A stretch of DNA of 40,533 bases from Promethearchaeota archaeon (GCA_048940925.1 JBHLOC010000043.1:1-40533); one strand, 5' to 3'. Positions 19,218 to 28,321 are shown, counted from the first letter of the stretch. Numbers and translations are program-made. Notes: generated from the sequence alone by a model not told the origin.

Positions 19218-20510
19218 ATGAAGAATCGATACATCATTGATAACAAAATTACAAATGAATTTGTTGAAGCTTATACTAAAACAACATATCGTATTATAGG
19301 TGAAAATAAACATACATCTATTAAACCTTGTCATTGGCTTGAACAAAAACTATTGACCGGAAGAAATAATCGTAATTGCTATAAAGGTATTTTTGGAATT
19401 CAGAGTCACAGATGCCTACAAAATACTCCGTCATTACCGTTTTGTAATCATCAGTGTGTGTTTTGTTGGCGAGATATCGAATTTGGTTCTCTTGGTAGCG
19501 AATTTATTGTTGAACCTGATGATCCAAAGTTTTTAGTAGATGAGATGGTTCGCCATCATCAAGATATTATTAAAAATCATCTTCCTTTAAGGCGATATCT
19601 AGATAATTATGAAATAATGATTGATATTTTGTATTATATTCTTTTAAATGGGGAGCAACATCATAGCATAAATTCTTTAAGTCAGAAAATTCACGTCTCT
19701 AAGAATAAATTAGAACGTGCTATTAATCTATTAAAAAATCAAAACTTCTTAAAATTGAAAAGTCATACCTCAAATGAATTTGGTTTAGATTATGATATTA
19801 AGTACTGTATCGATTGTAGAGAGGAAATTGAGGTTTTGATTAATAGAGAATTAACTACTCCAGATGAAATTATGCAAACACATAGTGAAGCTTTATATCC
19901 TAATCATGCGGCTATTTCTCTCGATGGAGAACCTTTATTATATCCGAAAATATCTGAACTTATTCAGGAGTTCAGAAAACGAAATATGACTACCTTTATA
20001 GTTTCAAATGGGACATTACCAGAAAAAATTAAAAATTTAGATCCATTGCCTTCTCAACTTTATATTACACTTCCTGCTCCAAATGAACAATTATATAAAA
20101 CTATTTGTCGTCCCATGATAAAAAATGGATGGAATAGAATTAAGGAAAGTTTAGAATCATTAAACACTCTTTCTTGTAGAACTGTAGTGCGACTAACTGG
20201 ATTAAAAAATCTGAACTTAAATGACCAATATATTCAAGATTATATTGAAATAATAAAGAAAGCCAATCCAAATTTTTTTGAAATTAAGGGATTTACATTA
20301 CAAGCTAAGGCTCTGCAAATAAAAGAACGTCTGAAGAGTGATAAATCCTTACAATATTATTTTCCTGATTATGAATTTTTGGAGGATTTTGCTTTGAAAT
20401 TTGAAAAAATAAGTGGTTTTCCCCTTATTTATAAAAATAAAGCTAGCAGAGATTTTTTATTTACTATAAATTGGGATAAGGATAAAGATCCTAAAATTAC
20501 TAGACCTTAA
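19218..20510 (+). CDS. taw1: 4-demethylwyosine synthase Taw1/TYW1 (radical SAM) with an internal insertion
   Basis: HTSIKPCHW, CYKGIFGIQSHRCLQNTP, CNHQCVFCWR, HAAISLDGEP, TFIVSNGT. Confidence 0.9.
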   Translation: MKNRYIIDNKITNEFVEAYTKTTYRIIGENKHTSIKPCHWLEQKLLTGRNNRNCYKGIFGIQSHRCLQNTPSLPFCNHQCVFCWRDIEFGSLGSEFIVEPDDPKFLVDEMVRHHQDIIKNHLPLRRYLDNYEIMIDILYYILLNGEQHHSINSLSQKIHVSKNKLERAINLLKNQNFLKLKSHTSNEFGLDYDIKYCIDCREEIEVLINRELTTPDEIMQTHSEALYPNHAAISLDGEPLLYPKISELIQEFRKRNMTTFIVSNGTLPEKIKNLDPLPSQLYITLPAPNEQLYKTICRPMIKNGWNRIKESLESLNTLSCRTVVRLTGLKNLNLNDQYIQDYIEIIKKANPNFFEIKGFTLQAKALQIKERLKSDKSLQYYFPDYEFLEDFALKFEKISGFPLIYKNKASRDFLFTINWDKDKDPKITRP

Positions 20511-20534
20511 TAATATTTTAAAAAAAAAAAATAA

Positions 20535-21170
20535 TTAATCCTGAGTTTTACTTATCATCTTTTTTATTACTTTATTATATTGTTCCTCGAAATTTCCAAT
20601 TTGATCAACCATCTCCCGAAAATATTCTAACCACTTAATTTCTGCCTCGTTATGAAATCTCCAATGTTTTAAAGGAAGAATATAGAAAGGACTTAATTTA
20701 TAAAGAAAATGAGATTCAACTAGCTTTTCTCCCTCATCAGCATGCTGGAACATCTTTTTTCTTTCATTAATTTGTTTATCAATAGAATCTAATATAAATT
20801 GCTTTCCTTTACCCATACCAAAAAGTAATATAAAGGGAGTTACGGCATCAATATCAAAATATATTTCCTGAACTTGATTTAGATAATAAGAAATCTGTTC
20901 CTGAAATTCTTGTTTTCCTTTATTTAATAGTTTATAAATAATTTGTTCAGGACGATTACCTTCTTGTTTCGATCCTACTTCTTTGATGAAATTTTCCCTT
21001 TCAAGTTGCTTTAATGTATAATAAAAAGATGCATTAGTTGCTTTGATATAATGATCATATCTCCATTCTTTTGCCAAAGAAATTAGTTCATAACCACTCA
21101 TAGGTTTAGGAATTGTACTCATTACACCCAATATGAATGATTTCAATGGCGTATATCTTTTTTTTGGCAT
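20535..21170 (-). CDS. PadR-family transcriptional regulator
   Basis: PMSGYEL, SFYYTLKQLE, RPEQIIYKLLNKGKQ; C-terminal EAEIKWLE. Confidence 0.85.
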   Translation of the reverse strand: MPKKRYTPLKSFILGVMSTIPKPMSGYELISLAKEWRYDHYIKATNASFYYTLKQLERENFIKEVGSKQEGNRPEQIIYKLLNKGKQEFQEQISYYLNQVQEIYFDIDAVTPFILLFGMGKGKQFILDSIDKQINERKKMFQHADEGEKLVESHFLYKLSPFYILPLKHWRFHNEAEIKWLEYFREMVDQIGNFEEQYNKVIKKMISKTQD

Positions 21171-21227
21171 TTTATCCCCTCAATTCCTTATATGTGCCCA
21201 AATAATTTCATTTTTCATTTTTTAAAA

Positions 21228-21271
21228 TATTCAAATTTGAATAGTTAAATTTAAATATTCAACTTTAATTA
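21228..21271. promoter_or_regulatory. Putative PadR operator pair
   Basis: Perfect 16-bp palindrome TATTCAAATTTGAATA (21228-21243) and a degenerate copy TATTCAACTTTAATTA (21256-21271) between padR and the divergent genes. Confidence 0.55.
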
Positions 21272-21318
21272 TATAATAGTAACTCTCAATTTATAAAATT
21301 TTGGGTGATGTTTGAAAA

Positions 21319-21888
21319 ATGTTGAAAAATGAAATAATAAATAATGAAAATATCAATAACATAGACACGCAAAAAAATGAGACTATTCAATTAAAATCTT
21401 CTTGGAAAGATTTAATTCCTTCAATGTTCTATTGGTCGACTATAATCCTTCAAGTTATTTTTGTATTTCTTACTTATAATTATCTTCATCTTGACTTTCT
21501 TAATTGGATAGGTTGGAGTTTATTTAGCTTCTTTATTTTATTTGGAGGCTTGCCAAGAAAAGCATTTAGAAAATATGGAGAAATAGAAAAAGGAAAAAGT
21601 CATGTATATACTACCAAGTTAGTAGATAAGGGTATATATGCTGTTATCAGGCATCCATATTGGTTATCATGGATATTATTGAGCTTATCCCTGACATTAA
21701 TATCTCAACATTGGATCATGTTTTTCTTAGGTATCCCAGCTTGGATTGTTATTTATCTGGAAACTTATCTGCTTGATATAAAATTAATTAAAAAATTTGG
21801 AGAAAATTATAAAGTATATAAAAAACAGGTGCCAAGATTAAATTTAATCTTAGGAGTTATAAAATATCTTAAAAAAGCGCAGAAATAA
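21319..21888 (+). CDS. ICMT/PEMT-family membrane methyltransferase
   Basis: TTKLVDKGIYAVIRHPYW, KKFGENYKVYKKQVPR. Confidence 0.85.
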   Translation: MLKNEIINNENINNIDTQKNETIQLKSSWKDLIPSMFYWSTIILQVIFVFLTYNYLHLDFLNWIGWSLFSFFILFGGLPRKAFRKYGEIEKGKSHVYTTKLVDKGIYAVIRHPYWLSWILLSLSLTLISQHWIMFFLGIPAWIVIYLETYLLDIKLIKKFGENYKVYKKQVPRLNLILGVIKYLKKAQK

Positions 21889-21919
21889 ACATGATACACA
21901 TTCTCTTTTATAAAATTGA

Positions 21920-22471
21920 ATGAAAGGAGGGAAAAACGTGAATATTGCAAAAGTTGTTGAGAAGGATGGGAAGAAGTTCAATTTACGAGATATAGTATTT
22001 ACTACACTATTTACAGTATCATTTATAATTCAAATCATCTTAATGTTCTTGTTTTCTAATGAATTGGGTATTATCATTTTAGTATATATAGGATATATAA
22101 TTTGGGGATTTAGCCTTTATTTTGGATTAATTACTTTTTGGACTTTTAAAAAAAAGGGTGGTGTAGAAAAAGGAAAGAGTTATGTGTATACCACAAAATT
22201 AGTAGAAAATGGACCATATGCTATAGTTCGTCATCCACAATATTTAGGGGGTATGCTATTCAGTATTAGTATTACATTCTGGACTCAAATTTTCTTAAGT
22301 TTGTTTCTTAGTATTATCATCATTATATTAACATATCAATGGACATATGTAGAGGATAAAAATCTAATTGAAAAGTTTGGTGAAGATTATAAAAAGTACA
22401 AATTAAAGGTACCTCGACTTAACCCTATTCTAGGAACAATTCGATATTTTATTCGGAGAAAAAGAGATTAA
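21920..22471 (+). CDS. ICMT/PEMT-family membrane methyltransferase (tandem paralog; true start probably GTG at 21938)
   Basis: TTKLVENGPYAIVRHPQY, EDKNLIEKFGEDYKKYKLKVPR; GGAGG precedes the GTG at 21938. Confidence 0.85.
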   Translation: MKGGKNVNIAKVVEKDGKKFNLRDIVFTTLFTVSFIIQIILMFLFSNELGIIILVYIGYIIWGFSLYFGLITFWTFKKKGGVEKGKSYVYTTKLVENGPYAIVRHPQYLGGMLFSISITFWTQIFLSLFLSIIIIILTYQWTYVEDKNLIEKFGEDYKKYKLKVPRLNPILGTIRYFIRRKRD

Positions 22472-22533
22472 GAGATTTTATACAAATTTTATATTTTTAT
22501 ATATTGATTCAAATATTAAGTTTCTAGGTTATT

Positions 22534-23172
22534 TCAATTCTCTGATCTTCTCAAAAATAATCGAATTGCTTTTTTTAATTTGTCTAAATTTATTTTTTTC
22601 AAAGCGGAAAATTCTAAATATGGTATTTCTTCTTGGTTTTCGAGTTTGTACTTGTCAAAATGAACTAATTTTAAACCATATTCTTTTGCTGATTCAACAA
22701 ATAAGCTTATAATTTTGATTCTATCCAATTTAGATATTTTATCAATTTTATTGATAATAACCATTATTGGAATATAGCACTCTCGTAAAAAATCAATTAA
22801 CTCAAAACTTAATGGAATTGTCATTTTATTTTTGATAAAAAATTTATTAATCTCGTCCATAATTCTTAAAATATTGATAACAATAAGTGCAAAGAAATAA
22901 TCTTCATTTTTTTTTTCAATATGGATTACAATTTGCTTTTTAATGTGTTCCTCTCTACGGTGACTTGCAGTTTTCATATATCCAAAACCAGGCAAATCAT
23001 TTATTCGATATGGCAATCTTGGATGAGAAAATGATTTTATTAATAAAGAACTGCCAGGCTTTTTACCTGTTTTCCCTTTAAAATTCCTAGGATTAGGTAT
23101 TAATAATTTTGTTATTGAACTCTTCCCAACATTTGAATTACCTATAATTAGCAATGAGGGTTTTTCATTCAT
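22534..23172 (-). CDS. engB: EngB/YihA-family GTP-binding protein
   Basis: GNSNVGKSS, GKKPG, DLPGFG, NKIDK, FSA. Confidence 0.8.
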   Translation of the reverse strand: MNEKPSLLIIGNSNVGKSSITKLLIPNPRNFKGKTGKKPGSSLLIKSFSHPRLPYRINDLPGFGYMKTASHRREEHIKKQIVIHIEKKNEDYFFALIVINILRIMDEINKFFIKNKMTIPLSFELIDFLRECYIPIMVIINKIDKISKLDRIKIISLFVESAKEYGLKLVHFDKYKLENQEEIPYLEFSALKKINLDKLKKAIRLFLRRSEN

Positions 23173-23221
23173 TTTATATAATTCTTAATAAGTAAAAATT
23201 TGGATATTTAAATAACTAATT

Positions 23222-24136
23222 TTATAATATATCACTAAAATCTTCTTTAAGAAAATCTTGAAACATTTGCTTTTTTTCTTCTTCTTTAATAATTGGTCTA
23301 GTACTTATAGGCTCACCAGCTTTTTGAAGCATCACTTTTAGATTATCAACATTAATACTTATTTTAAACTTACCATCTTTTAAAAAACGTACAACTTGTT
23401 TCTCGTTTAAAGTCAGTCTTAAAATATATCCTAGTCCAAAGTAGAATTGATGTTCGGGAATGGGATCAATAGGAGATTTGCTAGTAACTTCTTTTAAGAC
23501 ATCATATAATAATACTTTAGAAGCTATATGATCTTCTACATTAAAAGCTAAATAATATAGAGCATGATACCAAATTTTATCACGCTTTTCTTTAATATAA
23601 TCTAGAAATTTATCTGGTGTTATTATTTCCTTCTCTTCAGTCTCTTTTCTTTTGAGAAGTTCTTGCTTGATTCTTTCTTCTAGTTCTTTTGAAATTTCGC
23701 CAGTTGGTTGGATTTCTCTATCTTCTTCAGGTAACACAGCCAATTCTTCTTGTTTTACCGTCTCAATTGCTTCTTGCATTTCTTTTAATTCATCAAAATC
23801 AATTTCATCGATATCTGAAAAGTCCGAAATCATTGTTTCTTTAAGGTCATGTTCTTCTTTAATGTCCTCAATTTCATTGTAGTTTATTAATTCAGATTTG
23901 ATACCACTTGAGTTATTTTCAATCATTAATTCATCCCCTAATACTTCTTCACTTTCCTTAACTTTAGCAATAGCATCTTGTATTTCTTGAAGTTCTTCCA
24001 TATCTAAATCTTCTAAATCTGAAAAATCTGTCTCTAACATCTCCATCTCCTTCATATATTCTTGTAAATCATCCTGTTCTGATTTCTCTTCCTCTTTCTC
24101 TTGTTCTTCAATCTCTCCTTCTTGATTTTCGGTCAT
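23222..24136 (-). CDS. Hypothetical protein with highly acidic repeated N-terminus and folded C-terminal domain
   Basis: 304-aa ORF, E/D-rich first 170 aa with an internal repeat. Confidence 0.75.
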   Translation of the reverse strand: MTENQEGEIEEQEKEEEKSEQDDLQEYMKEMEMLETDFSDLEDLDMEELQEIQDAIAKVKESEEVLGDELMIENNSSGIKSELINYNEIEDIKEEHDLKETMISDFSDIDEIDFDELKEMQEAIETVKQEELAVLPEEDREIQPTGEISKELEERIKQELLKRKETEEKEIITPDKFLDYIKEKRDKIWYHALYYLAFNVEDHIASKVLLYDVLKEVTSKSPIDPIPEHQFYFGLGYILRLTLNEKQVVRFLKDGKFKISINVDNLKVMLQKAGEPISTRPIIKEEEKKQMFQDFLKEDFSDIL

Positions 24137-24261
24137 TTTTCAATCAATTAGAATTAATTAGAGTCAAACTTCATTCTACTAATATAAATAATAGTTGTTT
24201 GATTCTATAAATTTTGATATACGAATAGTTAAAATTATTCTAAACATTATCACATCTTATT

Positions 24262-24975
24262 ATGGATGAACTTAGCTTAGATAATTGTAAAGGAATTATT
24301 TGGGACCTTGACGGCACTATTTATGATATAACGGAAGTAATTAAGAAAGCAGTTGATGATGGAATAGAAAAATATAATTTGACTGTTAACCGTGATGCTA
24401 TTATGGAAGAAGTGGCTCATTTAATAGAAGAAATCCAAAATTATCCTGTTCCTAAAATTCTTCTAAATTCGTTTGAATTGTTAAAAGTAGATTTTTTAGA
24501 GGGAATTAGCTTTTTCAAAAAACTGAGAATAGCAATTTTTTTGTTTAATCAATTTAATAAATATAAAGATGCAGAAGCTACAATTTTTGAAGGAATAGAT
24601 ACCTTAATTGATAAGCTTTTTAATAAAAATTTGAAATTAGCAATTTTTACAAATAATAAAAGTGCTTATGCTGAAGAAATCTTAGATAAATTTAACCTTA
24701 CAAAGTATTTCGGTACAATCGTTGGTTTTAATGATGTAACAGAAGTTAAACCAAATCCTGAAGGAATTATAAAAATACTTGATGTATGGAATATTAAACC
24801 ATCAGAAGCCATATTTATTGGAGATATGACAACTGATATCGAAGCAGGTAAAGCATCTAAGGTTAAAATGATTTGTGTTGCAAGTGGTCTTGCTCAGAAA
24901 GAAACTTTATTGCAACATGAACCAGATATTCTAGTTAATAACACAAAAGAATTAATAGACCTATTTAACTTCTAA
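24262..24975 (+). CDS. HAD-superfamily hydrolase (phosphoglycolate phosphatase-like)
   Basis: WDLDGT, FTNN, KPNPEG, IGDMTTDIEAG. Confidence 0.9.
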   Translation: MDELSLDNCKGIIWDLDGTIYDITEVIKKAVDDGIEKYNLTVNRDAIMEEVAHLIEEIQNYPVPKILLNSFELLKVDFLEGISFFKKLRIAIFLFNQFNKYKDAEATIFEGIDTLIDKLFNKNLKLAIFTNNKSAYAEEILDKFNLTKYFGTIVGFNDVTEVKPNPEGIIKILDVWNIKPSEAIFIGDMTTDIEAGKASKVKMICVASGLAQKETLLQHEPDILVNNTKELIDLFNF

Positions 24976-25199
24976 ATCTGATAAAGAATTACGCTCAATT
25001 AATTTTTAATTTATTTCAATGAAGCAACACCATGCTATTTTTTTACAATATAAATTATGGTGATAATATATAACCTTTAATTAGACAAAACCAATTAGAA
25101 TCTTCAGGATTAATGATATGTAATTTATTGTAAAAGTTTAAAATATCTTATTTTTACTAGTTAAAAAACAGATCTAGATATAAATTGGTAAATTAAATT

Positions 25200-25772
25200 A
25201 TGGGTGCTGATGACAAGGGATTTGGATTTAAAATTACTGTAATTGGTGATGCTGCCGTAGGAAAAACCTCCTTAATTAAAAATTACACTCAAGGTTCGTT
25301 TCAAAAAGATTATATATCAACATTAGGTACACAATTTTCTAAATATGAAGAAATTATTGATGGGGAAAAAATAGAATTATACTTATGGGATATTGCAGGT
25401 CAGGACTCGTTTGAAGCTTTACGTCAAAGATTTTATACCGGAAGTAGCGGAGCAATTATTGTTTTTTCACATTCTCCTGAGCAAATAGAAAGCTTTAATC
25501 ATGTAAATAGATGGCTTTCTGATATTAAAAAACATTGTGGAAATATACCAACTATTCTTTTTGGTAACAAGGTTGATTTGGTTAATGATGGAGAATTAGC
25601 ATCAAATCCAAATATCCCTACCTCTGATGCTAATGTTGATAATTTTGCCAAAGAATCTAAATTTGTAGGATATTATAAAACAAGTGCTTTAACAGGACAG
25701 GGTGTGACTGATGCATTTAAAGCACTAGTTCAGAAATTGTATATGATAGCTAAAATTTCAAGCTTTGGTTAA
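25200..25772 (+). CDS. Rab/Ras-like small GTPase
   Basis: GDAAVGKTS, YISTLG, WDIAGQ, NKVD, TSAL; no C-terminal Cys motif. Confidence 0.92.
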   Translation: MGADDKGFGFKITVIGDAAVGKTSLIKNYTQGSFQKDYISTLGTQFSKYEEIIDGEKIELYLWDIAGQDSFEALRQRFYTGSSGAIIVFSHSPEQIESFNHVNRWLSDIKKHCGNIPTILFGNKVDLVNDGELASNPNIPTSDANVDNFAKESKFVGYYKTSALTGQGVTDAFKALVQKLYMIAKISSFG

Positions 25773-25830
25773 CAGAATCTAGATTTTAAAAAAGATTTTA
25801 TTTATTTTAAGAGAGAAGGTGTCTTTTATT

Positions 25831-28113
25831 TTACGTGCGTTTATAAATAAAACGATCCCAGCTTTTTCTGTTCGGCAGTTCTAAAGGCATTTCCTTTCTT
25901 TTACGTATTTCTATTATTAAATCTTCTTCTAAAGAGGGAGGAACACGAGAAAAACCTTCAAATTCATATCCGAAAAAGGCACGGCCCTGAGTTGAACCTC
26001 TTATATCATCAGCAAGCCCAATAGTTTCAGCAGCAGGAATTTGACCTTGGATTCGTACATATTCACCTTCAGGGATGACATTAGTAATTCTACCTCTTCG
26101 TTTAGTTATGGTAGCAGTTACACTCCCTTCCGTGCCTTGCGGTGATTTTATGTCAATTCGTTGGATTGGTTCATAAAGGTGAGGATCTGCATCCAGCATC
26201 GCTAAGGACATAGCTGAGAAGATCATTCCTGCAATCTGCCCATATTGTGTATGTCGAGGGTCTTCATGTACTACAAGATCTGTAAATACAATTTTAAATC
26301 CAGTAGCAGGCTCTTTTGCTATAATACAATTACCAAGCCAATCCCTAAACGCTGCTGACATATAAGATTTAACTCTATCAAATCTTTGTAACCCAGCTGC
26401 TCCATTTACAAGCACACTTCCATGATATACATCCACCACACGTCTGGCTTCTTTTGCATCCCATCCCGCTTCTTCTCTAAGAATCATTGCTCTTTCCTTT
26501 TCATTTTGTAAATCATTAACTTTACCGATATTTATTAAATGTTCAGTAGTTTCATCTAATGGTTCAACATATAAGAGGATTCGATTGTGTGTATTCGCTG
26601 ATTTGGTATGATATTCTGGACTTCTTCGAGTGATTTTTTCTCTATAAATAATTATAGGTTCTCCTATTTTAATTTGAACTTGATTATTAATTCGTTTAGT
26701 AAGGATTTCTATTTGGAGAGGATCGATACCACTTAATATGAATTCACCGGATTCATCATCTCTTCGATATTCTGCTTCTGGATTTGCCTTAAGCCATTTT
26801 CCTACAACTTCATCTAATTTATCAATTTCATGGGGATCAGTGGGTTTGATACTTCGTGATACTACTGCCTCACAGGCATATTGAATTTTTTCGAAAGGAT
26901 GTAACAATTTCTTTTCTTCTTTATCCTTAGGGACCTCATTAGTCAACATAAATGTTTCACCAGCAGGGCAAACAAATCCAAATAATGCAAATAGATTTCC
27001 TGCAGGTATCTTAGGAATATCTAAAATATCAGTTATCTCCATTACTCCAAGTCTCTTCACTCGATTGCTTGAATCACTATTAATTAAATAAATAGAATCA
27101 GTTTGATCAAAAGTGCCTGAAAAAACACGACCTATAAGGGTAGCTTGGTAATTTCTTTTAGGATCCAAAAAGATCTTAGTAATCATCCCATAAAGTGGTC
27201 CATTTGGGTCGCTCTTCTGCAAAGATTGCCCAATTTCTGAGTTTAAATCACCACCCCAGATATGAGGGATTCTATATTTAGAAGCACTCACTGGATCTGG
27301 AAGATGGTCAACAATCATTCTTAACATAGGTTCATCTAATGGGAGATTATCTCTTAACCATTGAACATCTCCTTCATCATATTTTTCAAAAACATCTTGA
27401 GGTTTTAAATCCTTTTCAAGCAAGATCTCATATGTAAAACCCCATCCATGTTTTGCTGAACCCACGGCTACAGAATTTTTTGCAAAATCAATTCCCCAAT
27501 CCGATCCTTCGGGTCGCACCTTTTTTATAAGATCGTTTACTTCCCGTGTTATTTTATCTATTTTAGCAAAGGTATCCTGAGGGCTAAGTTTTAATTCACT
27601 TATTAATCTATCAACTTTATTAATGAACAAAACAGGTTTACACAATTCTTCTCCTACCGCTAAACGAATATTTGTTTCAGTTTGTGTCATTACTCCCTCG
27701 AGAGCGTCAACTAATATGATAGCACCGTCGCTTCCCCTAAGTGCTCTAGAAACTTCCCCTGTAAAGCTTATGTGACCAGGAGTGTCATTAAGTTGAATTA
27801 TATAGGGTTCATCATCTTCCGGGTGTCTAGGATCTTTAAATGCAAGAAGAACTACACTCGTGAATATAGTGATGCCGCGCTCCTGTTCCTCATCATTCAG
27901 TAGATTAAGGAAAACTTAATCTAAATCTGAATCAGTCATTTGGAGCTGACCAGCATCCTCAGGTCGCATTAGTCCCGCTCTACGAAGAAGGTAATCTGTA
28001 GCTGTGGTTTTTCCATGGTCGATGTGGGCTGTGATTGAAAACAAGCGCTTTTTTTCATAGGAACCGGTAGTTACCAGCTTAGCTATTTCTTCAGCATTTT
28101 TTACTTTAACCAT
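25831..28113 (-). CDS. fusA: Elongation factor 2 family GTPase (probably the aEF-2 paralog); join of exon 1 (27925..28113) and exon 2 (25831..27894), 750 aa after splicing
   Basis: Exon 1 carries G1 AHIDHGKTT. The same frame continues past a single TAA with EEQERGITI, DTPGHISFTGEVSRALRGSDGAIILVDALEGVMTQTE, NKVD, GSAKHGW, HLPDP, KSANTHNR, HEDPRH, EPIQ, IRKRK. The two ORF-track entries are parts of one gene. Confidence 0.93.
27895..27924 (-). other. 30-nt bulge-helix-bulge (archaeal tRNA-type) intron in the EF-2 coding sequence
   Basis: Minus strand reads UCAG[AU^U]UAGAUUAAG-UUUUC-CUUAAUCUA-CUGA[AU^G]AUGAG. It has a 4-bp central helix UCAG/CUGA, two 3-nt bulges and a perfect 9-bp intron stem, and contains an in-frame UAA. 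Excision restores the conserved motif spacing. Confidence 0.87.
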
Positions 28114-28321
28114 AGCAAGTCACTTTGATATAATTTTGATTAATTGAATTATTATATTTTAGGAAGAAAATATAGGAAATCATAAAAATTTTATTAATTT
28201 AAGCTATAAATCGCTATTTTTATTAGAATTTCTTAAGCTAATAAACTAGAAAACATTATTAGTATAGTTGCTTTTCAATGATTTGATTAAAATTTATTTT
28301 ATAATCCTCCTTTGAAATTAT

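Noticed and set aside
21319-25772. ICMT-like genes acting on nearby small GTPases (prenyl-Cys methylation)
   Set aside because: Neither small GTPase ends in CaaX or CC, and ICMT-family proteins are widespread in prokaryotes.
27916-27918. EF-2 as a nonsense pseudogene, or recoding of the stop (Sec, Pyl, readthrough)
   Set aside because: The stop is UAA, not UGA or UAG. Readthrough would leave 10 extra residues in switch I. The stop lies within a structured insert whose BHB-predicted removal restores the motif, and the rest of the gene is intact.
27895-27924. Insert as a MITE or transposon footprint
   Set aside because: Only 30 nt, the inverted repeat is internal rather than terminal, only a 2-nt AT flank is shared, and no transposase is in the window. 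Not formally excluded as the historical origin.
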